Below, piece after piece: positions 16,101 through 24,880 of a DNA stretch of 37,798 nucleotides; positions within the stretch are counted from its first letter, which is position 1; each line of letters opens with the position of its first letter. The notes beneath the pieces are model-generated. The model saw nothing but the letters and a program-made list of their open reading frames with translations, had not been told where the DNA came from and made no database searches. Origin of the DNA: Bacteroidetes bacterium UBA6491 (lineage in GTDB: Bacteria; Bacteroidota; Bacteroidia; NS11-12g; UBA9320). Both the position numbers and the translations under genes were made by a program. The stretch is from positions 1-37,798 of the forward strand of contig DJML01000003.1 in the NCBI GenBank assembly GCA_002436505.1, in the 5' to 3' direction.

Positions 16101-17557
16101 GTATTGTAATCTCCTTCAATAATGATATCCTTATAGTCATAACCACCTATCTGCGCATGGAAAATCTCTCCCTTAAATATTGCATGCAGATCTTTCTGGC
16201 TGACACCTTTTCCTTCATCAAGAACAAGAGACAATGAAGTTGTACCCAGAGAAGATTCATCGAATATTTTCCCCAGATCAAGTTCAGTTACCTTAAGTTT
16301 ACCCGAATATTTCTCCGGAGAATCATCTTTTATTGCAAACAGTAACTCCGTTTCTATTTCACCAGCATCGCTGGTCACTTTACCTTCGACGTAAAAATCA
16401 TTCAGTTTTCCTCTGAACTGCCCTTTTGCAATGCAGTTGCCCATGCGGATCAGCTGGTCCGGCATCTCATTCACGCCAAAAGATTTTTTTACATCTTCTC
16501 CGTTGAAGATCAATTCATCAAACCTGATACTCATTTCTGAGTTCTCATAATCCGGCATGCCTTTGATCTCAACATCTCCCTTAAATGAGCCATTGTCCCC
16601 AAATTTCAGTATCGAATTTCTGGCTTTGAAATCTGCTACTGTACCGTTGTAATCTGTGCTAATTACCAGGTGCTGCTCTTTATAAGGCAGCAGATCATTT
16701 GTAAACCACGCTATGTCTTTTATTGCAAGATCTGACTGGTTCAGATGCGCATTTACCTGCACACTATCTATAAAATACCCCAGCATCCCATATCCATCGT
16801 ACGACATGATTATATTGTCTGAAATCTCACTGTCCGGGGTTTTCAGGCGCATATCTTCAAATGAAAGGGTCGTAGAAGATATTTTTGTCCTGGACCTGAA
16901 TTCCGAAATTTCAAAACCTGAATGGTCCTTGGCTTCAAGGTCCCGGACATGGAATGACAGTGAATCGTTGATCAGCGTGAAATTTCGTATGACGGCATTT
17001 ATACCTGTGACCACCATGTTGTTTTCATTGAATATCCGGTACTCAGATGGTTCGTCATTGTTCTTGTCACGGTATATGAACCTGCTGTTGTTTAACGTCA
17101 GCCTGTCAGCAAAGGCCACCCATACAGGTGCATCTGGGTCAGGCACTTCCGGAGTAACGAAATCAATAAGGAACTGAATGTTAAGATCTTTCTCCCCTTC
17201 GTGAGTTACGAGATATACTTTGGCCTCATCGATATCCAGGTTTCTGAGCTTGATCATATGCTTTTCCCTGTCAATATCTCGTAAAGCCACTCGTAGCTTT
17301 CCAATAAAGAACATGGTGTCTTTATTTAGATCCCTGACAAGAATGTCATTCAGTACAGCATAATCAGGGAAATTGATCTCGACAGAACCGACGCTTGTTT
17401 CGGTTCCGAGCGAGTGAGAAAGGCTGTTTGCTACCTTCTTTACAATAAAAGTCTGGACTGCCGGAATCTGAATGAGACCAAAAATAGATGCTGTAAGGAA
17501 TAACAACATGGCAAGGAACCATAGCCCTATTTTGCGTATTTTTGATCGCTTGTTCAA
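13178..17557 (-). CDS. tamB: Translocation and assembly module protein TamB-like (DUF490 C-terminus), inner-membrane anchored
   Basis: 1459 aa. The N-terminal anchor is KIGLWFLAMLLFLTASIFGLIQIP. The body is long and beta-rich. The C-terminal region (FFAVLALGTFVSS...LSNSVSGILNKYMNQML...LELNVRKKLYKDKLELGFSG) is typical of the TamB/DUF490 end. It is divergent from tsaD, a pairing I recognise from Bacteroidota genomes. The start codon in the track is TTG (17557), and there is no better ATG that preserves the anchor. Confidence 0.8.
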   Translation of the reverse strand: MNKRSKIRKIGLWFLAMLLFLTASIFGLIQIPAVQTFIVKKVANSLSHSLGTETSVGSVEINFPDYAVLNDILVRDLNKDTMFFIGKLRVALRDIDREKHMIKLRNLDIDEAKVYLVTHEGEKDLNIQFLIDFVTPEVPDPDAPVWVAFADRLTLNNSRFIYRDKNNDEPSEYRIFNENNMVVTGINAVIRNFTLINDSLSFHVRDLEAKDHSGFEISEFRSRTKISSTTLSFEDMRLKTPDSEISDNIIMSYDGYGMLGYFIDSVQVNAHLNQSDLAIKDIAWFTNDLLPYKEQHLVISTDYNGTVADFKARNSILKFGDNGSFKGDVEIKGMPDYENSEMSIRFDELIFNGEDVKKSFGVNEMPDQLIRMGNCIAKGQFRGKLNDFYVEGKVTSDAGEIETELLFAIKDDSPEKYSGKLKVTELDLGKIFDESSLGTTSLSLVLDEGKGVSQKDLHAIFKGEIFHAQIGGYDYKDIIIEGDYNTSKFIGKASIEDENARITFEGKVDLKSTTPYYNFFLDIDHLDLLALGLDNVPTTIKAGIGCEMTGTGLNDLDGTLKVSNISIKRDGRDVELNAVELFAGKQDTSRYLSLYSDVVDVQMSGKYDMNDIAQVYDVFLADLFPEYYEVQKPLDSPVDIDFRIRVNKSDFLTVLLDSQFIVGPGIFIGKYSSLKRSLTADAKVSMLKYGETLFERIDLNVIKEPADLLNMSVLVDAIYDKRELLTTNAILNASILPNQIDFLFNFAETEDDIALRSYGLASFSGDTINLKLEESMIFVNGRKWDIGNNNEVVYTGDQVRIANLRLFDMGQSIHVNGIAGKSITDSLLIELEEFELNNLNPLLGSSGIEIAGRTNGHVNILKAMDGPVFSGDLQTMNFYLNGDTLGDVSLLALSRKDDPLMLSVEGSMNKGMFKDIKVAGDLNMHPDVQKMNLKVNMTHGSVKPFEPFLGGELTDLEGTVSLNLLVAGTFDAPEVSGKVYLEDVSMIIDYFKADYTVSGTVELKKDQIIIRDNTISDEKGHTGKLKGSVSHKQFSNLVMDVKVTELKDFIAMKTTRKDNDYFYGTAVVDGSVEVTGPIDNVYVKVNAKSKKGTHIKIPLESENTNTTVSYIQFVELDEDESAQKEVRQKIEGFTMDLAFEVTPLAQIDLIFDEGTGDIITGKGTGTIRMEINSFGDFYMFGDYTVEEGSYPYNALFVSENFIFKKGGRISWDGDPYKARIDMEATVRKTADPSALFSGSEQADYYKPIPVDCQLFLRGELFSPDIKFGLDFPDISSNVSRPSEFMARMREIESNEDELNRQFFAVLALGTFVSSSGTETLDVGGLGTQSLSNSVSGILNKYMNQMLKDVPGWEVGVNWSSVTTEQRDQLELNVRKKLYKDKLELGFSGATAAKAESQNPVEVKAIYNITADGRVKVQAFWKRANDPTSSVKNTTNQAGVGFYIRREMDTISFRKKNWKR

Positions 17558-17599
17558 TCCGGTTCGAATTTACAAAATGTCAGGCTCAATAAGCTCCTG

Positions 17600-18619
17600 A
17601 TGAATAGCACTAAAGAAGATATTGTACTCCTTGCCATTGAATCATCCTGTGATGATACAGCAGCTGCTATAATGGTAAACGGCAAAATAAGGTCAAATCG
17701 TGTTGCAACACAGCAGGTACACGAAGAATTTGGCGGAGTTGTTCCGGAAATGGCTTCGAGAAAACATCAGTTGAACATTATTCCTGTCGTTGACATCGCG
17801 TTAAAAGAAGCTGGGGTAACAAAAGATCAACTTTCTGCTGTGGCTTATACACAAGGTCCAGGTTTGCTTGGATCATTGCTGGTTGGCGCAAGTTTTGCAA
17901 AATCTCTGGCTATCGGGTTGAACATACCTTTGATCGGTGTTGACCACCTGCATGCGCATGTAATGGCGCATTTCATTGATGCTCCAAGTCCAACTTTCCC
18001 TTTCCTTTGCTTACTGGTATCAGGAGGACATACACAGATATTGAGGGTTAATTCTCCGGTAAGTTCCGTCGTATTAGGACAAACACTGGATGATGCCGCT
18101 GGAGAGGCTTTCGATAAAGCCGCCAAGATGATGGATATTCCATATCCCGGTGGTCCTCAGATAGATATTCTTGCGAAAGAGGGCGATAAGAATAAATTCA
18201 CTTTCCCAAGATCAAAAGTGAGCGGTCTGGACTATAGTTTTTCAGGGTTCAAAACCTCTCTCCTTTATTATTTAAGGGATCAATTGAAAGAAAATGCACA
18301 ATTCATTGACCTGAATAAAAAGGATCTTTGTGCATCGGTCCAAAACCATATTGTGTCCTACCTGTTGGATAAATTAATGGCAGCAGTAGACGAAACCGGC
18401 ATCAGGGAAGTCTGTATTGCTGGTGGGGTTTCTGCCAACAGCCAGCTGAGAAAGGATTTTGAAATGCTTGGAAAAAGTCAAAAGTGGTCGACTTATATTC
18501 CTGAATTCCAGTACTGTACTGACAATGCTGCAATGATCGCGATGGTAGGCCATTTTTATTTTATAGAAAAAAAGTTTCAACAACAGCATGTCGCTCCATA
18601 TGCAAGGAGCAACAGTTGA
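17600..18619 (+). CDS. tsaD: tRNA N6-adenosine threonylcarbamoyltransferase TsaD
   Basis: LLAIESSCDDTAAAI, GVDHLHAHV (His metal site), LLVSGGHTQI, GEAFDKAAKMMDIPYPGG and IAGGVSANSQLR are Kae1/TsaD family hallmarks. Confidence 0.93.
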   Translation: MNSTKEDIVLLAIESSCDDTAAAIMVNGKIRSNRVATQQVHEEFGGVVPEMASRKHQLNIIPVVDIALKEAGVTKDQLSAVAYTQGPGLLGSLLVGASFAKSLAIGLNIPLIGVDHLHAHVMAHFIDAPSPTFPFLCLLVSGGHTQILRVNSPVSSVVLGQTLDDAAGEAFDKAAKMMDIPYPGGPQIDILAKEGDKNKFTFPRSKVSGLDYSFSGFKTSLLYYLRDQLKENAQFIDLNKKDLCASVQNHIVSYLLDKLMAAVDETGIREVCIAGGVSANSQLRKDFEMLGKSQKWSTYIPEFQYCTDNAAMIAMVGHFYFIEKKFQQQHVAPYARSNS

Positions 18620-18635
18620 TCATGAATACATTGAA

Positions 18636-19451
18636 ATGAAAATATTTACTACACTTTTAATGATCCTGGCCATGACCGGCAACCTATTTGGACAGGAAAA
18701 CGATACTGCAGTTCTGCGCAAGAACGGGGTTAAATATGTTGAACATCATTCATACATGGCCATTTATGGCGAGCGAGCGGATACATGTATCGAAATGAAG
18801 ATCTGGGTAAACGAAGATGGCTTAAAAGAGAAGGATCTTCTTGACCACAACTGTACCGGTTGGGATGCGGTCATTGAGAATGAATACGAATACGACGAAA
18901 AAAGGCGATTGATAAAGCAATTGGCTACTCATAACGGAGCAATGCAAAGTCAGATAAATTACAAGTACAATGACAACGACGATATCTCTGAATATGAGTT
19001 GCTTTCGTTTGCTCCGATGATCACGGTAAAATCAAAAAATGAATATTTTTACAATAAGAAAGGATTGCCTGACAGCACGCATCGTACAAGCATAATCAAT
19101 ACAGACACCTTTTATCAGAAAGACCTGGTCACCCATAATAAAGCCGGGATGGTAAGCATGATGACAACATTCGACGGTGAGGGTAAAATGCTTTTTTCAA
19201 ATCAATATATCTATGATGAGGACGGGATGCTTTCTGAATTGAACGTAGAGGTCACCGAACCGGAATACAGTTATTCCAAGTCCATTTTTACCTATAATGA
19301 AAATGGCCAGTTGTTCAGTTCAACAGATACGGATGCCGGTGCTACCGTTCAACGATGGTATAACGAAAACGGTTTGCTGATCTTAGCGACACATTATAAT
19401 CAGTTCGGCCAAACGGTCAAAAAAGTACATTACAGATACACTTATCGCTAA
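18636..19451 (+). CDS. Small secreted protein built of YD/RHS-like short repeats
   Basis: The ATG at 18636 gives the signal peptide MKIFTTLLMILAMTGNLFGQ; the track start at 18588 would overlap tsaD. There are about seven degenerate units of the form aromatic-x-Y-(D/N)-x-x-G-x-L: EYEYDEKRRL, NYKYNDNDDI, EYFYNKKGLP, QYIYDEDGML, IFTYNENGQL, RWYNENGLL, HYNQFGQTV. Confidence 0.6.
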   Translation: MKIFTTLLMILAMTGNLFGQENDTAVLRKNGVKYVEHHSYMAIYGERADTCIEMKIWVNEDGLKEKDLLDHNCTGWDAVIENEYEYDEKRRLIKQLATHNGAMQSQINYKYNDNDDISEYELLSFAPMITVKSKNEYFYNKKGLPDSTHRTSIINTDTFYQKDLVTHNKAGMVSMMTTFDGEGKMLFSNQYIYDEDGMLSELNVEVTEPEYSYSKSIFTYNENGQLFSSTDTDAGATVQRWYNENGLLILATHYNQFGQTVKKVHYRYTYR

Positions 19452-19453
19452 CA

Positions 19454-19825
19454 ATGATCAACAAGATACTGTACATAGCTTTGGGAGGAGGATTAGGCGC
19501 GGTATCAAGGTATATAATCGGTTCCTGGGACTGGTTGAAGACTTCCGGAGGTTTTCCTGTGGGAACGCTTACTGCCAATTTAATAGGGTGTTTTCTGATC
19601 GGTCTGGTATTTGCGAAATTCGGCATGGGCCCGAGATGGGTTAGCCCGTTGGTCATAATTGGTTTCCTGGGAGGCTTCACTACTTTTTCAACCTTTGGAC
19701 TGGAAAGTTACTGGATGATAAGAGATTCAAAATGGTTATTATTGGGATCATACGTGCTTATCAGCAATATTGTGGGCATTTTACTCGTTTTTGCTGGTAT
19801 AAAAGCAGGCGAATTCTTGAATTGA
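19454..19825 (+). CDS. crcB: Fluoride ion channel CrcB/FluC
   Basis: 123 aa with four transmembrane segments. GGGLGAVSRY, GTLTANLIGCFLIG and GFLGGFTTFSTF are CrcB signatures. It starts 2 nt after the preceding stop. Confidence 0.9.
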   Translation: MINKILYIALGGGLGAVSRYIIGSWDWLKTSGGFPVGTLTANLIGCFLIGLVFAKFGMGPRWVSPLVIIGFLGGFTTFSTFGLESYWMIRDSKWLLLGSYVLISNIVGILLVFAGIKAGEFLN

Positions 19826-19829
19826 ATTT

Positions 19830-21092
19830 ATGAGGAAAAAAGGCATCATTCTTATCTTACTTTTTATCTGTGCCGCAAGCGGTTTTAGTAAGCAACTTTT
19901 GATTCCTATGGATGGTTCTCAAAAGGATCACCTTAAGTCATACGGTATTGCATACTGGCTGCTGAGTGAAGAACTGGAGGTCAAGTGGCTCCTGAATTAC
20001 CGTGGAGGAAGTTTCATGGTTCAGCACATGCCTGAGATCGAAAAAGAATGCCTGATAAGAGGGATCTCATTCGAAGTCATCAATGATAACACATCCGAGC
20101 AGATAATTGCAGAGATAGAGAATCCCGTGGTGAATGCAAGTGTGATCAAATTACTTACAGCACCAAAAATAGCTGTGTATTCGCCGAAAACGGCACAACC
20201 ATGGGATGATGCCGTTACGCTGGTTCTCACATATGCAGAAATACCTTATGACGTCGTTTTTGATGACGAAGTTATTGAAGGCAAACTGCCGCTCTACGAC
20301 TGGTTGCATCTTCACCATGAAGACTTTACGGGTCAATACGGTAAATTCTATGCCAGCTACCACAACGCTGCATGGTATCAGCAGCAGGTAAAGGAAGCGG
20401 AAACAATGGCCGCCAAGCACGGTTTTAAAAAAGTGTCAGAAATGAAACTCGCTGTCGCCAAAAAGATCCGTGACTTCACCTTAGGAGGTGGTTTTCTCTT
20501 TGCCATGTGCTCTGCGACGGACTCTTATGATATTGCAATGAGCGCTGACGGTATCGACATCTGTGAATCAATGTTTGATGGAGATCCTGCGGACTATAAA
20601 GCGCAACAAAAATTAGCCTTTGGCAATACCCTCGCTTTTGAGAATTTTATGCTGGAAATGAATCCAATGGTTTATGAATACTCTAACATTGACATGCAGC
20701 CTTTGGAACGGAAGGTGACAGAGGACAACGACCTTTTTGTTCTCAATGAATTTTCTGCTAAATGGGACGTAATTCCTACCATTCTGACACAAAATCATGA
20801 ACGGATAATTAAGGGATTCATGGGTCAGACCACAGCTTTCAGATCTCAGTTGATCAAAAGTTCTGTCACGATCATGGGTGAAAACAGGTCGTTAGGTGAA
20901 ACACGCTATATTCACGGAACGATCGGTAAAGGTCAGTGGACTTTTTACGGTGGTCATGATCCGGAAGATTACAGGCACATGGTAGGTGAACCACCGACCG
21001 ATCTGTCACTGCATCCCAATTCACCGGGATACAGGTTGATCCTTAACAATATTCTCTTTCCTTCTGCAAAAAAAGAGAAAAGGAAAACCTAA
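19830..21092 (+). CDS. Conserved secreted hypothetical protein, possibly class-I glutamine-amidotransferase-like fold
   Basis: Signal peptide MRKKGIILILLFICAASGFSK. The sequence continues LLIPMDGSQKDHLKSYGIAYWLL...WLLNYRGGSF...KIAVYSP...GGGFLFAMCSATDSYD, a nucleophile-elbow-like motif around Cys. To my recollection, homologues in Bacteroidota are often auto-annotated as asparagine synthetase B. Neither the function nor that recollection is verified. Confidence 0.55.
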   Translation: MRKKGIILILLFICAASGFSKQLLIPMDGSQKDHLKSYGIAYWLLSEELEVKWLLNYRGGSFMVQHMPEIEKECLIRGISFEVINDNTSEQIIAEIENPVVNASVIKLLTAPKIAVYSPKTAQPWDDAVTLVLTYAEIPYDVVFDDEVIEGKLPLYDWLHLHHEDFTGQYGKFYASYHNAAWYQQQVKEAETMAAKHGFKKVSEMKLAVAKKIRDFTLGGGFLFAMCSATDSYDIAMSADGIDICESMFDGDPADYKAQQKLAFGNTLAFENFMLEMNPMVYEYSNIDMQPLERKVTEDNDLFVLNEFSAKWDVIPTILTQNHERIIKGFMGQTTAFRSQLIKSSVTIMGENRSLGETRYIHGTIGKGQWTFYGGHDPEDYRHMVGEPPTDLSLHPNSPGYRLILNNILFPSAKKEKRKT

Positions 21093-23485
21093 CGGTTAAC
21101 AATGAACCGTTTTACATTATAAGGCTGATTTTCAACAACGATGCCTGCATAATAAATTCCTGCAGGCAGTTCGCCGACGTCATATTTAAAAGAAAATCTT
21201 TGCTTATTGATCTTGATCCGATGCATCAGCTGACCGTTAGAATTTGTGATCTCAAGAAATCCGCCTTTGGCATCCGTTATGGAGATCGAAACCGAATCGT
21301 CTGCAGGGTTTGGAATTATTTCTGGAACTCTTTCAGCTTTTGAAACAGGAGTATTAGTTGTCAGCAGATCGGAATCGTACATCGCAAAAGCATACTCTCC
21401 TTTCTTCAGTTCTTCGACGGTGACGTATCCATATTTATCAAACGGTGATCCGACCACTTTCTTGTAAAATTCATACTCTCTCCAATACATGTCAGGACCC
21501 TCACGGTACATCAGCACCAAACTGTCCTCGGTCTGCCGGATAAGATTCATGTCCAGGGCTCCTGTCGCCTGACCCGGTGTTCTTCCATCGTAATATATCC
21601 TTGCCGATGCTTCAAATCCTTCAGGCCAGATGCCATCAACCCTCCAGTATCTTTCACGTGACAGGACAGGCGTTTTTTGATTCGTGAAATAATCATCAGG
21701 CCTTACCCAATGATGTTCGACCCTGAGCAAGACCGGCTCCCCTGAAACGGTGACCGATACATCCATAAGCCCGTTCCGTAATTTATGATCGCCGTTTGCA
21801 GATATCCAGAGCTGGTCAGAAGTAACGGCATCACTGATCAGGTCCATGCGGTCAAGAACCATAAAAGCCGGCTTAAAATCCGAATCGAAAACAACACTGG
21901 TTTCGTTGCCTGATAATTTCATTTGCACATTGACACTGTCCCCATTTGTGTCATAAGCAGTGAGCCACATTGGCACATTAGTATAGAAGGATGGAGCGAA
22001 ACGAAGACGTTGCCGAATGCGCAGGGTATTACTGAATCCATTGTCCGACTCAAGTGATTTGATGGCCAGTATCTCAAAATTTGGGAATCCCGGATTAAAC
22101 ACCCATTGATCAAAAAATGCGTTGAGGTCTTCGTTCGTAAACTGCTTAAAATGATCCCTCAGCATCCCGCTTGTTACATCCTTGAATTTGTTCGTCTGAA
22201 TAAATGATGAGGTTGCTTTAAAAAATACTGAATCTCCCATGTATCCTCTTAAGGAATGGATCACATCGGCTCCTTTTTTATACACGTGCATGCCATAGGT
22301 CCGTGCGTGATCTACTCCACTGATAGCCAAGGTATCTTCATCCCTTAAATGCGCAAATCTCAGCACGTTTAAATGGTTGGATGCGACATCTGCATCATAA
22401 GCATCCCGCCCGTACATTTCCTCGAGAAATATCTTTTCAGCGTAGGACGCCCAGCCTTCATTGATCCACATATCCGACTGGTCCCTGCAGGTAACGGTAT
22501 TTCCCCACCAGTGGTGTGCAAATTCATGAGCCCATAAGGTTTCATAATTTTTGTCACCTTTCGCCCCGAAAATCGGATACGCTATATTCGTCGCATGCTC
22601 CATTGCACCACCGTTGAACGGGACCAGGTTAAAACCGATCCTTTCAAATGTATGCTCACCAAATCGCTGCTCAAAAGCGTCAATACAGGTGGGAAGATTG
22701 GCGAAAGAACTGGCCATATTGGATGAATCAGCTTTCAGGGCCGATAGCCTGACCGGGATCCCCCGATGCTCATAAACCATCTCTACATAGGGTGCTACAG
22801 CTACTGATGCAAGATAGGTCGGGATCGGATCATTCATTTTCCAGTGATGTTCCATCTTCTCACCAGGCAGCGCGTTCCTGGACACCAGAGATCCGTTACA
22901 CTGGGCGAGTTCCCCTTTGGTGGTAACTATCTTAAACTCATAGGTGGCCCTGTCAGTGAAATTGTCGAAGCAAGGGAACCATGCTCTTCCATAGTTATGC
23001 GGATCTGCAGTAAATCCGACACCCAGATTGAATCCATAGACACCGGTAAAATAAAAACCGCCCCAGCTTTGATCTTCCTCTGGTCGGCCGTGATAATAAA
23101 CGGTCACCTTCACAGATTCTCCATCCTTCATTACTCTAGGCCATATCACCTCAAGTCTTGAATTGGAGTGGGTATGACCTAAGACCGCTGATTCAAACTG
23201 AACGCTGTCAACCGTGAGTGACGAGGTAAGGTCAAAACCGGAAGTGTTCGCATCTTTTAAAAGTTTCAGATCGATCGTGGCCGACCCCGAAATTACTTTC
23301 CCCGGGACATCGATTTCCAGTTCAAGCAGATAGTTGAGCGCATCACATTCTGCCGGTGCTAATTTTACCGATGATCCTTTATTTACAGGGACACAAGGCA
23401 TCAGAAATGGGGTAAACTGCTGCGCAAATCCTGAAAACGTAGAAAATATTGCACAGAAAAGAAGAAGTATGAACGATCTGAACAT
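21089..23485 (-). CDS. M1-family zinc aminopeptidase with a type-A T9SS C-terminal sorting domain
   Basis: Signal peptide MFRSFILLLFCAIFSTFSGFAQ. The exopeptidase motif is GGAMEH. The zinc site is HEFAHHWWGN...WINEGWASY (HExxH-x18-E). The C-terminal ~80 aa (IIPNPADDSVSISITD...LPAGIYYAGIVVENQPYNVKRFIVNR) matches the Por secretion CTD pattern. Confidence 0.88.
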   Translation of the reverse strand: MFRSFILLLFCAIFSTFSGFAQQFTPFLMPCVPVNKGSSVKLAPAECDALNYLLELEIDVPGKVISGSATIDLKLLKDANTSGFDLTSSLTVDSVQFESAVLGHTHSNSRLEVIWPRVMKDGESVKVTVYYHGRPEEDQSWGGFYFTGVYGFNLGVGFTADPHNYGRAWFPCFDNFTDRATYEFKIVTTKGELAQCNGSLVSRNALPGEKMEHHWKMNDPIPTYLASVAVAPYVEMVYEHRGIPVRLSALKADSSNMASSFANLPTCIDAFEQRFGEHTFERIGFNLVPFNGGAMEHATNIAYPIFGAKGDKNYETLWAHEFAHHWWGNTVTCRDQSDMWINEGWASYAEKIFLEEMYGRDAYDADVASNHLNVLRFAHLRDEDTLAISGVDHARTYGMHVYKKGADVIHSLRGYMGDSVFFKATSSFIQTNKFKDVTSGMLRDHFKQFTNEDLNAFFDQWVFNPGFPNFEILAIKSLESDNGFSNTLRIRQRLRFAPSFYTNVPMWLTAYDTNGDSVNVQMKLSGNETSVVFDSDFKPAFMVLDRMDLISDAVTSDQLWISANGDHKLRNGLMDVSVTVSGEPVLLRVEHHWVRPDDYFTNQKTPVLSRERYWRVDGIWPEGFEASARIYYDGRTPGQATGALDMNLIRQTEDSLVLMYREGPDMYWREYEFYKKVVGSPFDKYGYVTVEELKKGEYAFAMYDSDLLTTNTPVSKAERVPEIIPNPADDSVSISITDAKGGFLEITNSNGQLMHRIKINKQRFSFKYDVGELPAGIYYAGIVVENQPYNVKRFIVNR

Positions 23486-23526
23486 AGGTTTTAACGTAAA
23501 TTCGTAAAGGTACGAAATACAAGGAT

Positions 23527-24870
23527 ATGAAATATTTTGCTGCGATCATGATGGTTGCTTTTTGGTTTGATGGGTTGTCACAGATCACGATCACCTCATC
23601 TCATATGGCTTCATCAGGAGACACGGTCAGATATTCCCAGGCACCGATCACAGATCTTCCGGATCTTAACCTGGCAGGAACAAATGTTTCATGGGACATG
23701 ACCGACCTTGGTCTTTTGCAACAGGATATCCATGAATTCAAAGCTTCATACCTCACCCCGTATATCATCAATTTCGGTTTTACTGCCACGGGTCTTAAAA
23801 TTGCCGACTCCCTGGGCCAATCCCCTATGCTGCTGACACAGGTCTATGATTTTTACAAGAAATCCAGCACAAAATATGAAAACATTGGGATCGGTTTTAT
23901 ACCTGATCTGTTGAAATATCCGCAAAGCGGAAAGCACAGCGATCCGGATGAGATCTACCTGTTTCCACTTGATTATGACGATACCTTTTCCTCGACTTTT
24001 GCACTTGAAGTGACCATTAATGCAGTGGGTTTCCCGGTCGGTTCATTCTTCAGAACAGGAAAAAGATTTACCCATGTGGATGGCTGGGGAAAGATAAGCA
24101 CACCATATGGTTCAGATATAGACTGCATCAGAGTAAAGGCGGTAATTGACTCCTATGACTCGCTGGCAATAAGTACATTGTCTGTTTATTTTGGAACGAA
24201 CACACGTCAGGTGGTTTACAAGTGGTTGTCGACCTCAGAAAAGATCCCTGTTGTGGAGATCGCCGGAACTGAAGTGGCAGGAAATTTTGTGCCTCAATAC
24301 ATCAGGTATCGCGACAACTACCGCAAAGCGCCAGGACCTATCCAGGTTGATTTCACGGCATCTCAAACAACAGTATCCACTGGAGATACCATTTATCTGA
24401 CAAATAATACCACAGGGCAAATTCTTTCATATGATTGGAATATAGATCCATCCAGCGGATGGCAATTTGCAAATGGGAGCACAAGTACATCGAAAGACAT
24501 TTCGCTCTCTTTTTCTGATACAGGAAAATACTCAGTAAAACTCGTGGCCAACGGAATATTCAATTCAGACAGCCTTACCAAAACAGACTATATAACTGTG
24601 AATGATGCTGCCGGAATTCAATCTGTGGCCGATCACAGGATCTCTGTCTATCCTGTACCTGCAGATGGAACAATTCACATAACCAATAACTCAGATGAAG
24701 AATTAACATATGTACTTGTTAATTTGATCGGAACTTCAATGATCAATGGGAACATTGAAAAAAATAAAACCGGATCATTTCAAACGATCCAAATTCCAGA
24801 CGGCGTATATTCCCTCGTATTTAATATCAACGGATCGGTCTCAACGCGAAAGATGATCATCCAACACTAA
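23527..24870 (+). CDS. T9SS-secreted protein: unknown N-terminal domain, PKD domain, type-A CTD
   Basis: Signal peptide MKYFAAIMMVAFWFDGLSQ. The PKD-like module is VDFTASQTTVSTGDTIYLTNNTTG...YDWNI...GKYSVKLVANG...DSLTKTDYITV. The CTD is ISVYPVPADGTIHITN...IPDGVYSLVFNINGSVSTRKMIIQH. Confidence 0.8.
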   Translation: MKYFAAIMMVAFWFDGLSQITITSSHMASSGDTVRYSQAPITDLPDLNLAGTNVSWDMTDLGLLQQDIHEFKASYLTPYIINFGFTATGLKIADSLGQSPMLLTQVYDFYKKSSTKYENIGIGFIPDLLKYPQSGKHSDPDEIYLFPLDYDDTFSSTFALEVTINAVGFPVGSFFRTGKRFTHVDGWGKISTPYGSDIDCIRVKAVIDSYDSLAISTLSVYFGTNTRQVVYKWLSTSEKIPVVEIAGTEVAGNFVPQYIRYRDNYRKAPGPIQVDFTASQTTVSTGDTIYLTNNTTGQILSYDWNIDPSSGWQFANGSTSTSKDISLSFSDTGKYSVKLVANGIFNSDSLTKTDYITVNDAAGIQSVADHRISVYPVPADGTIHITNNSDEELTYVLVNLIGTSMINGNIEKNKTGSFQTIQIPDGVYSLVFNINGSVSTRKMIIQH

Positions 24871-24880
24871 ATAAGATAAG

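Noticed and set aside
19300-19453. Search for a fluoride (crcB-motif) riboswitch upstream of crcB
   Set aside because: The region is coding sequence of the preceding gene right up to 2 nt before the crcB ATG. I could not see the conserved riboswitch core. A covariance-model scan would be the definitive test.
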